64,000 nt of DNA, taken from NCBI RefSeq assembly GCF_004010195.1, contig NC_057737.1:48909173-48973172 (forward strand). The letters run 5' to 3'. The notes beneath the pieces were generated by a model, which was given only the letters and a program-made list of their open reading frames with translations, was not told where the DNA came from and did no database searches. Made by a program: the position numbers and the translations under genes. This stretch comes from Chiloscyllium plagiosum. Its lineage: Eukaryota. This document shows, piece by piece, positions 25,961 to 37,862 of this stretch; the stretch's first letter is position 1; every line of letters starts with the position of its first letter.

Positions 25961-26625
25961 GAACACCACTAAATCCTAAAGGATTTCAAATTTTTTGTTT
26001 GCTGTAATCACAATCAGACTCCTAAATCATATTCACTGCAGTTTTTTAGTCACTCAGCCTTTATTCCATTCAAAATAATTTGAATTCTGCTTCCTATTAC
26101 AGGTGGACTTTTCATCAGATCAGTATTCAACTTGTTTGCACACCAATCCTAAAAGACAGAAAAGTGCTTGTAAAAGTATACACAAATTAGGAAATATTTT
26201 TGGTGAAAACCAGTCAGCAACAAATTGGTGATTTGCATATTATCCATAATATTGATTCCACACAATGATATTATTGGATTTATTTAGGTTGAAGTTTCTA
26301 CAGGTTGGTGTTTAAACAATACATTATTGAGCAGTGCCATACTTTTTACAGAATACACTGGTCAGTGGCAGCATGCCATCATTGTTTCTGCGAGTTGCAG
26401 GTGATGCTTACCAAAGCAATATCTCTCTGGCTGTTAAGTATTTATAATATCAACTTTGCAATGTAAGACGAATTGGCAATTAGTTAGGCACATTCAGATA
26501 CCCAAACTAAACATTATCTTTGTGTATAACTCTGAATAAGCAATGCAAATTCTAAATTCCCTGTACCTTAATTGATGTATTAAAATATATATTTTGTAAA
26601 AAAAATTGTCTGATTTCTCCTGTGT

Positions 26626-26631
26626 AATAAA
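26626..26631 (+). terminator. Candidate IFT22 polyadenylation signal
   Basis: AATAAA about 670 nt after the stop in an AT-rich, repeat-free 3'UTR; further AATAAA near 26679 and 26793. Confidence 0.5.
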
Positions 26632-27219
26632 CATGAAGATTTAAACATGAGTCTGGTTCCTTAATTAGTTAATGAAATAATAAAACTGACTCTTAAATGT
26701 GATTCATTTATTCCATGTATTTGCCATTGATATGGCATACCTAGCATTGGCAATTGAAGGATGGTGAGTGAATTAATTTTTTGATTGTTATAAATAAATG
26801 CCCATTTTCACTGCTTCTGATATTTTTTGTTTTGTTCATCAGAGGAAAAAGATTTAAGTATTCAGCCTTTTATGCTTCGTAGAATTATTTGATTGGATAC
26901 CTGGTGAATTCTGATCAGATTTGCAGATCTTTTTTGAATTTTGACATCATATTTTAGTCAATTGTTCAGAAAGATGGTGCTAGATTTTCTCATTGAATGA
27001 TTATGGTAATGGGTGAAAATATTCTTGCCTGGTTACATTCTTATTTACCCAGTCACAAATAGCTTAGAAAATATTTGCTTCCCACTCCTACCCTATGAAA
27101 ACTCTGAAGCATTTATACTTTATCCAAAATCATACCACATGGGATGCATATGCTAATGACATCATTTTCTAATTCTCTCTCTTGCAAGTACTCCACTGTT
27201 TCCAGTTTGTGGTACTGCT

Positions 27220-28020
27220 TAGAGTCATAGAGATGTACAGCATGGAACCAGAACCTTCAGTCCAAATATCCACGCTGACCAGATATGGGCCAGCAGTTGG
27301 CCCATATTCTTCTAAACCCTTCAGATAATCATCCATATGCCTTTTAATTGTTGTAATTGTACCAGCCTCCACTATTTCCTCTGGCAGCACATTCCATACA
27401 CGCGTGAAAAGGTTGCCCTTTAGGTCGTATTTCAGATTTTTCCCTTCTCACCTTAAACTTATGCTCTCTAGTTTTGGACTCCCTCACCCCAAGGAAAGGA
27501 CCTTGTCTGTTTACCTTATTCATGCCCCTCATGATTTTATAAATCTCTATAAGATCACCCCTCAGCCTTCGATGCTCCAGGGAAAATAGCCCCAGCTTAT
27601 TCAGCCTCTCCCTATACCTCAAACCGAGCGTGTGGTACTGGAAAAACACAGCAGGTCAGGCAGCATCTGAGGAGGAGGAGAATCGACGTTTTGGGCATAA
27701 GCCCTTCATTAGGAATGGCCTACTGATGAAGGGCTTTTGCCCAAAACATCGATTCCCCTGCTCCTCAGGTGCTGCCTGACCTGCTGTGCTTTTCCAGCAC
27801 CACACTCTTGACTCTGATCTCTAGCATCTGCACTCCTCATTTCCTATACCTCAAACCATCCAACCCTGGCAACATTCTTATAAATCCTTTCTGACCTTCA
27901 AGTCTCACAATATCCTTCATATTGCAAGGAGACTAAAACTGCATGCAGTATTCCAAAAGTGGCCTAACCAATGTCCTGTACAGCTGCAACATGACCTCAC
28001 AAATCCTACATTCAATGCAC
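27220..28020 (-). mobile_element. CR1/HER1 3' fragment with a nested PLE fold-back (27626-27842, 15-bp TSD)
   Basis: CR1 'LGLFSLEHRRLRGDLIEIYKIMRG'; cctatacctcaaacc at 27611-27625 and 27843-27857. Confidence 0.85.
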
Positions 28021-28166
28021 ATTGGATGAACAGACATTTTCTCTTACTAAATATTGAGATGACTTGAAGCCTTCTGCCCAAGTCCTTCCTTCCTGGCAAC
28101 TGTGAGGCTGAGTCAATGTTTGGAATTTCAGTATCATTTGGCTCAAAATGAACTTTCAACCACTTA

Positions 28167-29206
28167 TGTTATGGACCAGATCAAACTCCCTCAAAATATA
28201 TAAAGAGTGTAGACGATGACGTTTTCTTATTTTAAAGGCAAGTGTAAGGGATTGTGTTCTGGTTGCAATTCAGTTGATCAAAGTACCAGGTTTGAAACAA
28301 AACACACTTTATTCATACGCTGTAATTAAAATGCAGATAAAATAAAAATTGGCTTAACTCTATGAAAATGCTTAAAGTAATATATATATTAACTACTAAT
28401 TGACTGTCCCAATATAGTAACATCCCATAAACACAAACCCACCCTTGTTAAAGGCAAATTCAATACAGTAAATTAGATTGTCTCACATGCATTTCTAGCA
28501 GCCCAGGAGGAAAGACATCAAAATAAAACTCAAGAATAGAAGGGAGAGATGCACTGTAGCTTCCAAACCCTGCTTCAAGACCCCAGCAACAAATGCTGCT
28601 GAAAAGTAAAACTAGAAAAAATTCTGGTTCTGCAGGATCTCGACTCCAACCATTCAAGCTGCTTCTAGATTAGATTAGATTACAGTGTGGAAACAGGCCC
28701 TTCGGCCCAACAAGTCCACACCGACCCGCCGAAGCGCAACCCACCCATACATTTACCTGATGAAGGGCTTATGCCCGAAACGTCGATTCTCCTGTTCCTT
28801 GGATGCTGCCTGACCTGCTGTGCTTTACCAGCAGCACATTTTCAGCCCTACATTTACCCCTTATCTAACACTGGGCAATTTAGCATGGCCAATTCACCTG
28901 GCCTGCACATCTTTGGACTGTGCGAGGAAACTGGAGCACCCGGAGGAAACCCACACAGACACGGGGAGAACATGCAAACTCCACACAGTCAGTCGCCTGA
29001 GACAGGAATTGAACCCAGGACTCTGGCGCTGTGAGGCAGCAGTGCTAACCACTGGGCCACCGTGCCAACCATTTCTATTGTAACAACTTAAAAACCCAAA
29101 GCTTCACAAGCTGTTTACTTTATTGGATTCAAATAGTCAGCTCAGTCTTAAAACATTTTTTCAAAAAAGAACAAAATACACCTCTTAAAGCCACTGTATC
29201 ATCACA
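28167..29206. mobile_element. Possible solo LTR (TG...CA) interrupted by an HE1 SINE (28666-29066, -) that itself carries a PLE terminus (28757-28845)
   Basis: Begins TGTTATGG, ends CATCACA; flanks ctta/ttta resemble a 4-bp TSD; the nested SINE and PLE are clear, the LTR call is tentative. Confidence 0.4.
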
Positions 29207-30624
29207 TTTATTCATACCATTATAACAATTTTGTATTCCACTTAGAACCATAGAATGGTTAGCACAAAGGAAGTGCCAGTCAGTCTGTCAAGTCTGTGCT
29301 GGCTCTCTCAGTGACTATTCACCTGAGCATTGCAAAGTTTCCCCTTTCAGATAGTTATCTGAAAACCTTTTAAATACCTTCCTCTACCACAGCCTCAGGC
29401 AATGAATTCCAAATCCTAACCACTCACTGCAGAAAAATGTTTATTTCTTCATTGCTTCTTTTGTCAAATAGCTTAAATCTGCCCTCTTGTTCAGAATCCT
29501 TCAACTAATGAAAACAGTTTCTCTGTCCAGCCCCCTCATGATTTTAAAAATTGCAAGTCATCTCCAACAGTTTAGTTAATACTTCTTCAATCTTCCTGCA
29601 TAACTGAAGTTCCTTCTCACAGAGTATTCATTTGAATTTTTTCTGCGCTATCTCTAATACCTTCTCAGCATTCTTAAGAGTGTGGTGTCCAGAACTGGAT
29701 GCAATATTCCAGCTGGAACTGAACCAGCATTTTAGACACAAGTTTAACATAACTTCCCTACATTTGTACGCTATGACCATATAATTTTTCACTTTTGCCA
29801 GTAATGCTTTGAAACTCACTGAAGTCTTTTTAATCTTTGAATGCAGTCTGTAAAGAGACAGGACAAAAGTACATTAGCATCCATACCTTAAGAACTGAAA
29901 TTTGCAATACAATATCTCCAAGTCTGTTCCATTTCAGGTTCACTAAAGCTGCAAACTGAATTCCAGGCTGTCAACTTTATGACCTGTAGAAAGTCCAGCT
30001 CTTTGTGTGAATCTGGAGAATGATTCTAGCACAAGACTTCAGTTGTTGAATTCATCCAAATTTTACTTTAGGAGAAAATACATCTTTTCTTCAAACTAGG
30101 AACACATTTTCCAGAACATGATGAGAACTGTGAACTGCTCCTTTTGGTTATAAATAATCAATCAACTTTCATTATTTAATCCCATGAAGCACACCATTAG
30201 TTATTCAGATTCAAACCCATGCACATCTTTTACTCAAAACTAAAGTGAGAACAGTTAAGAGGAACTCCAGCTGTTTCCCTTCAACTTGTCCACAAAACTA
30301 CTTTATTTTTTCTTTCTTTAAAAGCAGCCCATCGTTCTGTTACAGCTGTACCGTTAATCATTGATTCCAATTTCTCTGGGTCAGATCCATTCTCACCCCA
30401 TTGAAGTTGGCTTTACCCCAGTTAATTATTTTTACTCTGGAATACCAATTGTCCTTTTCCCATCGTCAACATAAAAATTAGATTGCAATGATTTGTATCA
30501 TTGTGATGGAAAAGAGGACTGAGTGTCATTATGTACACCTTTCCAGCTTCTGCCTTCCTTTCCGGACCAGCCCGACAACTTCAGGTCTCACCCACATCAT
30601 GTAGTGCAGTTGTAGTGTCCTACA

Positions 30625-32190
30625 TACAGTCCTACAGCCCTCTGGTCCATGCTGACCAAAATGTCCATGCAAACTCCATTTCCCTGCACTTAGCCCATAT
30701 CCTTCTAAACCTTTCCTATCCATGTATTTGTTCAAATGCCTTTTAAATGTTGTTAATGCCTTATACTCTTCCGCTGACAGCTCATTCCATATGCGTCCCA
30801 TCCTGTGTAAAATAAGTTGTCCCTCAGATTCCCTTTTATTCTTTCCCCTTTAACTTCAAACTGATGCCCTAAAGTCATTGATTTTTCGTATGAAAACCAA
30901 CCATATGAAAAACATTGAGTGCATTAAACGTGCTTCTTATGATCTTACAACCCTCTGTAAGGTCCCCCCCCTCTGTCTCCTACACTCTAAAGAAAAAAGT
31001 CCTCGCTTGTCCAACACTCCCTATAACTCAGGCCATTCAGTCCGGGCAACATCCTTATAAATCTTGTCTGCACTCTTTCCAGTTTAATAACATCCTTCCT
31101 ATAACAAGGTGACCAAAATCGAACATAGACTCCAGGTGCAGCCTCACCAATGTCCTGTAAAATTGTAACACAAGTTCCCAACTTCTATACTCAAACTCTT
31201 GACTGATGAAGGCCAATGTGCCAAAAGCCGACTTCACTGCCTTGCCTATCTGTGACTCCACTTTCAGAGAAACGTGCACCTGAATGCCAAGATCCCTCTG
31301 TTTCACTACACTCAAGGCCCTAGCATTCACCATGAAACCCCTACCTTGATTTGACTTTCCAAAATGCATGACCTCACACTTGTGTATTTGCCATTTTTTG
31401 GCCCACTGTACCAAATGATCAAGGTCCTGCTGCAATTTCTGATAACTTTCCTCACTGTCCATGATACCTCCTATTTTAGTGTTATCTGCAAACTTACAAA
31501 TCATGCCTTGTACATTCTCATCTAAATCATTGATATAGATAACAAATAGTAAAGGGCCCAGCACCAATCCCTGAGGCACTCCACTAGTCACAGACCTCCA
31601 TTCTGACAAGCGTCCTTCCACTATTACCCTCTGCTTCCTACCATCAAGCCAATTTTGTATCCAATTGGCCAGCTTACCCTGGATTCCATGTGATCTAACC
31701 TTCCAGAGCAGCCTATCATGTGGAACCATATCCAAGGTCTTACTGAAATCCATACAGACTACAAGAAAGTAAGGATTGCAGATGTTGGAGATCAGAGTCA
31801 AAACGTGTGGTGTACAGCCAGCCAGGCAGCATCCGAGGAGCAGGAGAGTAGATGTTTTGAACATAAGCTTTTCATCAGGTCTACATCTATTGCCCTGCCC
31901 TCTTCAATCTTCCTGGTCACTTCATTAAAGAAGTCTTAACAAATTTATGAGGCATGATCTCCCACTCATAAAGCGATGATGACTACTCCTAATCAAACCC
32001 TCTCTTTTCAAATGGATGTTATTTGTCAGAATGTTCTCACGTAACTTACCTACCACAGATTGTTAGGCTTACTGGTCTATGGTTCCCAGGCTTTTCTTTG
32101 CAGCCCATCTTCAATAATGGCACAACATTCGCTATCCTCCAGTCTTCCAGGATCTCACCGTGGCTAAGAATAATGCAAAAATATCAACCA
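30625..32190 (-). mobile_element. CR1/HER1 LINE reverse transcriptase region with a small PLE insertion (about 31762-31878)
   Basis: ORF 31055..31864: MDFSKTLDMVPHDRLL...SGVPQGLVLGPLLFVIYINDLD...KFADNTK. Confidence 0.9.
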
Positions 32191-32209
32191 GGGTCTTATC
32201 AGCCTAGTG

Positions 32210-32410
32210 CTGAAAATGTGTTGCTGGAACAGCGCAGCAGGTCAGGCAGCATCCAGGGAACAGAAGAATCGACTTTTCAGGCATAAGCCCTTCTTCAGGA
32301 ATCCCGAAACGTTGATTCTCCTGATCCCTGGATGCTGCCTGACCTGCTGCGCTGTTCCAGCAACACATTTTCAGCTCTGATCTCCAGGATCTGCAGACCT
32401 CACTTTCTCC
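32210..32410. mobile_element. PLE-terminus fold-back insertion (family A) with 16-bp TSD (1 mismatch)
   Basis: tcttat(c/g)agcctagtg at 32194-32209 and 32411-32426; inverted arms. Confidence 0.8.
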
Positions 32411-32750
32411 TCTTATGAGCCTAGTGTCCTGACTCTGAGCCAGAAGGCCCACCTGCCCAGCCATAGCATGCTTACATGTCTGCCCATCCAATCCAGCCTT
32501 GAATCAGATCAGATTTAAGCATTTAAAATGGGCACATATTTAACTTAGCAATCAGTCACTAAGCAGCAGACAGCCTGAAGTGAATTAGTTGAAAGATTGT
32601 AGCAGAGAAAATCAGCATTAACAATGTTTTAAATCACAATTAGTTTGATAAAAGATCAACGTAAGAAAAATCAAGATATAAAACTATGATATTGCAACTG
32701 ACAGAAAGCCTAGCTCAGTTAAGCACAAAAATAAACATAACAAATAGTGT

Positions 32751-35028
32751 AAAAAGGGAAGAAGTGAGGACTGCAGATGCTGGAGTACCAGAGTTGAAAA
32801 ATGTGGTGCTGGAAAAACACAGCAGGCCAGACAGCATCCAAGGAGCAGGAGAATCGACGTTTCAGGAATGAGGTTGGTGTGCCAAGCAGGCTGAGATAAA
32901 GGGTAGGGGGGGAAGGGCACTGGGAATACGATAGGAATGCAGGGGTTGGGACTGAGATAAGGTGGGGGGAGGGGAAATGAGGAAGCTGGAGAAATCTACA
33001 TTCATCCCGTGTGGTTGGAGGGTTCTTAGGCGGAAGATGAGGCGCTCTTCCTCCAGGTGTCGTGTGGTTCAAGGGCGGAGGTGCGGGAAGTGGAGGAAAT
33101 GCGGTGGAGAGTATCGTCGACCACGTCGGAGGGGAAATTGCGGTCTTTGAAGAAGGAGGCCATTTGGGTTGTTCGGTATTGGAACTGGTCCTCTTGGGAG
33201 CAGATGCAGTGGAGGCGAAGGAATTGGGAATATAGGATGGCATTTTTACAGGGGGCAGGGTGTGTAATCTAGGTAGCTGTGGGAGTCGGTCGGTTTATAG
33301 TAAATGTCTGTGTTGAGTCGGTCGCCCGAGATAGAAATGGAGAGGTCTAGGAAGGGAGGGAGGAGTCTGAGATGGTCCAGGTAAATTTGAGGTCGGGTTG
33401 GAAGGTGTTAGTAAAGTGGATGAACTGTTCAACCTCCTCGTGGGAGCACGAGGTAGTACCAATACAATCATCGATGTAGCGGAGGAAAAGGTGGGGGGTG
33501 GTGCCAGTGTAGCTGTGGAAGATGGACTGTTCCACATATCCGACGAAGAGGCAGGCATAGCTGGGGCCCATGGCTACTCCTTTGGTTTGGAGGAGGTGGG
33601 AGGATTGGAAGGAGTTGTTAAGAGTGAGGACCAGTTCAGTCATTCGAAGGAGGGTGTCAGTGGAAGGGTACTGGTTGGGTCGGCGGGAGAGGAAGACGCG
33701 GAGGGCTTGGAGGCCTTTGTGATGGGGGATGGAAGTATACAGGGACTGGATGTCCATCGTGAAGATAAGGAATTGGGGGGCGGGGAAGTGAAAATCATGG
33801 AGGAGGTGGAGGGCGTGGGTGGTGTCCCCAACTCAGGGGGACAGGACAGTGTCAAGGAAAGCTGAGACGGGTTCGGTGGGGCAGGAGCAGGCTGAGACAA
33901 TGGGTCGGCCGGGGCAGTCGGGTTTGTGGATTTCGGGCAGGAGGTAGAAATGGGCGGTGCGGGGTTGTGGGACTATGAGGTTGGAGGCGGTGGATGGGAG
34001 ATCCCCTGAGGTGATGAGGTTATGGATGGTCTGGGAGATGATGGTTTGGTGGCGGGAGGTGGGGTCATGGTCAAGGGGGCAGTAGGAGGAGGTGTCTGTG
34101 AGTTGGCGTCTAGCTGCAGCGGTGTAAAGATCGGTGCGCCAAACTACCACTGCGCCTTCCTTGTCTGCCGGTTTGATGGTGAGATTGGGGTTGGAGCTGA
34201 GGGAGTGGAGGGCTGCGTGTTGCGAGGGTGAGAGGTTGGAGTGGGTGAGAGGGGTGGACAGGTTGAGGCAATGTCGCGGCGGCAGTTGAATATGAAGAGA
34301 TCGCGGGCGGGTAAGAGGCCAACACGGGGTGTCCAGGTAGATGGGGTGTGTTGAAGGCGGGAGTTGGGGTTGCCAGAGGGTGGGCGGGAGTCCTGGTTGA
34401 AGAAGTAGGCGCGGAGGCGAAGGCGGCGGAAGAAATGCTCGATGTCTAGCCGCGTGTCGAATTCATTGATCCGGGAGCGTAGGGGATGAAGGTGAGGCCT
34501 CTGCTGAGGCACCTTCCCCTGCAACCATAAGAAGTGCTAAACTTGCACCCACACCTCCCCCCTCCAAGGCCCCAATGGATCCTTCCATATCCATTACAAA
34601 TTCACCTGCACCGCCAAATACATCATTTACTGTATCCGTTGCACCCGCTGTGGTCTCCTCTACATTGGGGAGACAGGCCTCATCTTCCGCCTAGGAACCC
34701 TCCAACCACACGGGATGAACGTAGATTTCTCCAGCTTCCTCATTTCCCCATCCCCCACCTTATCTCAGTCCCAACCCCCGGATTCAGCACCGCCCTCTTG
34801 ACCTGCAATCTTTTTCCCGACCTCTCCGCTTCCACCCCCTCTCCGGCCTATCACCCTCACCTCCTTCCACCTATTGTATTCCCAGCACCCCTCCCCCTAC
34901 CCTTTATCTCAGCCTGCTTGGCACACCAACCTCATTCCTGAAGAAGGGCTTATGCCCGAAATGTCGATTCTCCTGCTCCTCAGATGCTGCCTGGCCTGCT
35001 GTGCTTTACCAGCACCACATTTTTCAAT
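32751..35028 (-). mobile_element. Penelope-like retroelement (Neptune-like) with inverted architecture: minus-strand RT arm plus plus-strand GIY-YIG/terminus arm, 13-bp TSD
   Basis: RT motifs GRPIVS, MDIQSLYTSIP, QTKGVAMG, RYIDD in ORFs 33833..34150 and 33347..33757; Cys linker and YCIRCTRCGLLYIGETG at about 34510-34680 (+); taacaaatagtgt at 32738-32750 and 35029-35041; frameshifted. Confidence 0.9.
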
Positions 35029-35090
35029 TAACAAATAGTGTGTAAATACCAAGAAAACTAAAGACGACAGTCGAAGTAGCTGTATCAATT

Positions 35091-35096
35091 TTTATT
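35091..35096 (-). terminator. Candidate MIS12 polyadenylation signal
   Basis: tttatt (AATAAA on minus strand) about 410 nt past the MIS12 stop. Confidence 0.6.
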
Positions 35097-35503
35097 TATA
35101 TAAATGTTCAGTTCACAGAGGAAAGATGTCTGCACAGGATTTGGAAATTTTCTCTGTTCACACTCTTGCTTACACCATCAGACTCTGTTTCATACCAGGA
35201 TGGCACACCGTACAGAGTTGATACAGGATATCATTTCTACTACCAATCCAAACATATCTCATCACTTCCCCGAAATATAAATTGCCCATAAATATTGTTG
35301 CCCAGTTTCAAATGGAAGGCTATCCTTCAAATAGGACCATAAAATGCCAAATTCTAATCATTTCTCGACCATTGGTTGCCTTACATCAGGAATGTGAAGA
35401 GTTCTCAACTCACTTTCCCAACCAGAGATCTTGGAGCCACTCAGATTGAGGTGGGAATGACAAGCAGTGTTCAAATGCATTATACCAACCAGTCCCAATG
35501 CCT

Positions 35504-36190
35504 TTATAGTTTAAGTCGCTTCCTTCTTGTTTCCTTTCCCTCCTCCTGTTCGCTTCCACTGGGTGCTCTTGATTGATTTTGCTCATCCTTGTATTTCTCT
35601 TGGATTTTCTGAAGCATAGCTGGGACCTCACAGGTCAATCCCCGAACAAAAGCCAGGCTCTCACGAACATTGCTGACTGCATTACTCTTCCAAGTGTTAT
35701 CCAAATTGCTGAACCAGTGAATTCTCTGCTCTAGTTTCAGCTCAATCAACTTTTGGTCTTCTAATTCAGTAAGGAGTGCATGTTTGGCAATAATTTCACA
35801 TCGGTAGCAGTGCTCCAGTTCAGCTATTTCTGATTGCAAGTCTTTGAACTGTTCCTCAGTGTATGGGTACTTTTCCTGGACATGGTCTTCAGGAAGCAGG
35901 ATATTTTCAGGAATGTAGAAGATATGTTGCAGAATTCCTTGTTCGACTCTCTCAAAGATCATATCAAACCGTTCTTTCATTAATTGAAGGAAGCTCTCTG
36001 TACAGGTACGGATCTGAGATGGAGTCACACTGCTATCTGACATTTCCTTCAGTTTCTTGAAAATGACTCGCTCCACAACCAGCATGACATCAAGGAGAGA
36101 ATCTTGGATTCCACTGGACACTCTCAGAACACAGGTTTGGGGGGAGAACCCAAAAAATTGGGTCTCATATGTCATCAACCTGTCCGCCAT
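35504..36190 (-). CDS. MIS12: MIS12 kinetochore complex component (single coding exon, 228 aa)
   Basis: MADRLMTYETQFFGFSPQTCVLR...IPENILLPED...LLTELEDQK matches vertebrate MIS12; ATG context aaaATGG; splice acceptor (ctgtttag) 8 nt upstream. Confidence 0.95.
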   Translation of the reverse strand: MADRLMTYETQFFGFSPQTCVLRVSSGIQDSLLDVMLVVERVIFKKLKEMSDSSVTPSQIRTCTESFLQLMKERFDMIFERVEQGILQHIFYIPENILLPEDHVQEKYPYTEEQFKDLQSEIAELEHCYRCEIIAKHALLTELEDQKLIELKLEQRIHWFSNLDNTWKSNAVSNVRESLAFVRGLTCEVPAMLQKIQEKYKDEQNQSRAPSGSEQEEGKETRRKRLKL

Positions 36191-36883
36191 TTTAAAACCT
36201 AAACAGATAGTGAATGGGGAAAGCAATGTTTTAAAAAAAATCAAATACAGCGAATAACTAAATAAATGTGGCCTAAGAAAGAAAGCTCAAAGTGTCTCAT
36301 AATCCAAGCAGCAGAAAATATTTCCTTCTTTTTATTTTTAAAGGTAAGGGCACTTATAGTGCAGTGATAATACTATGGTCCAGAAAGTCCTGATTCAAGT
36401 CTCACCTATTCTAGAGGTGTGTAAAACATCCAAGTGGCAGTCTGTGACTAGTGGGGCACTGCAGGGATGAGTGCTTGGACCTTAGCTATATACAGTAATA
36501 TATTAATGACTTACATGGAGGAACAAAATATATTACCTCAAAGTTTGTAGGCAACACAAAGCTGGGGGTAGTGTGAACTGTAAGGAAAATGCAGAGCTGC
36601 TTCAGTCTAATTTCAACAAGTTGAGTTGGCAGGCAAACGCATGGCATATTATGTATGATCTGGATAAATGTGAGGTTATCCAGTGGAAGGCAATTGCACA
36701 GAGATTTGGATAAACCACATCTAGAGTATTATGTGCAATTTTGATATCATTAACTGAGTCAGAAATTTATGGGCAAAACTAGAAATTGCTGAATAAACAG
36801 GTCTGGCAGCATCTGTGAAAAGAAATCAGAGTAAATGTTTAGGGTCAAAGTGACCCTTCCTTTAGAATAGTTTAAGGATATCG

Positions 36884-37195
36884 TAGAATCCCTACAGTGT
36901 AGAAACAGGCCCTTCAGCCCAATCAGTCCACACCGACCCTCTGAAGATTAACAGACCTACCTTAGATTCCCCTACATTTACCCCTAAATTATGAACCTAA
37001 TCCCTGAACACTGCAGGCAATTTCCCACGGCCAATTCACCTGAGCTGCACATCTTTGTGACTGTGGGAGGAAACCGGAGCACCCGGAGGAAACCCACACA
37101 GACACGGGGAGAACGTGCAAACTCCACACAGTCAGTCGCCTGAGGTGGGAACTGAACCGGGGTCCCTGGCGCTGAGCCAACCACTGAGCCACCAT
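36884..37195 (-). mobile_element. HE1-type V-SINE in MIS12 intron 1
   Basis: V-domain and tail. Confidence 0.85.
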
Positions 37196-37535
37196 CTAGG
37201 ACTGAACCGAGATGGCGAGAAACTTCTCCATCTGGCAAGTGGGGAATTTTGTGGAATTCACTGCCACAAAAAATGGCTGAAGTCGTCAAAACATTGAATG
37301 TTTTCAAGAAATTAGAGCAAAGGCGATCAAAGATCAAGGAGAGAAGGTATTGAGTTGGATGGTCAGCCGGGATCACATTGAAAGGCGCAGCCGGTTCAAA
37401 GGGCCAAAGGGCCTACTCCTGCTATCTTTATGTGTGTCCCACTACCTTCCCCCAGCACACACCCCCTCCCTCCCTCCACCACCTCCCCCTCCCGGACCCA
37501 CCATTCACTCACTCACTGCCAATCTACCCCCTCAC

Positions 37536-37620
37536 CTTTCCGCGCTCCCTCTCTCTGTTTTCTTTTAGCGCTTGTTGTTTTTCAGTCTCGAGCTTCCCGC
37601 CCAACGAACCACCTTCCTCG
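37536..37620 (-). other. MIS12: Putative non-coding first exon of MIS12
   Basis: Consensus donor AAG|GTGAG on the minus strand (ctcacctt at 37531-37538) next to the promoter; pairs with the acceptor at 36199-36200; TSS not determinable. Confidence 0.6.
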
Positions 37621-37715
37621 CCGCGCATGCGCTGACCGGACCGCAGGTGGGGGGGCGGTGTCCGTTTCCGGAAGTGACGTCAGGACCGGAAGCTGCCCCC
37701 GCGGTCGGGCTGAAG
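37600..37715. promoter_or_regulatory. Bidirectional MIS12/DERL2 CpG promoter
   Basis: NRF1 palindrome GCGCATGCGC 37623-37632; GC box about 37650-37659; ETS-CRE composite CCGGAAGTGACGTCA 37668-37682; second CCGGAAG 37686-37692; YY1-like AAGATGGCG over the ATG. Confidence 0.85.
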
Positions 37716-37808
37716 ATGGCGTATCAGAGCCTGCAGCAGGAGTACTTGCAGATCCCCCTAGTAACGCGGGCCTACACCACCGCCTGTGTGCTCACTACCG
37801 CCGCTGTG
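37716..37808 (+). CDS. DERL2: Derlin-2 exon 1
   Basis: [31 protein letters not shown]; donor gtaggt. Confidence 0.96.
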
Positions 37809-37820
37809 GTAGGTGCCTCG

Positions 37821-37862
37821 CCTGGGCCTGGGCCTGGGCCTGGGCCTGGGCCTGGGCCTGGG
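37821..37862 (+). repeat. (CCTGGG)7 hexanucleotide repeat at the start of DERL2 intron 1
   Basis: Seven perfect units followed by further G-runs. Confidence 0.95.

Noticed and set aside
29819-29983. Possible minus-strand exons with AG/GT boundaries
   Set aside because: Stop codon in the best frame, implausible 40-nt intron, no recognisable protein
36191-36244. N-terminal extension of the 246-aa ORF (MIFFKTLLSPFTICLGFK)
   Set aside because: Mostly intronic polypyrimidine tract and acceptor; homology starts at the ATG at 36190
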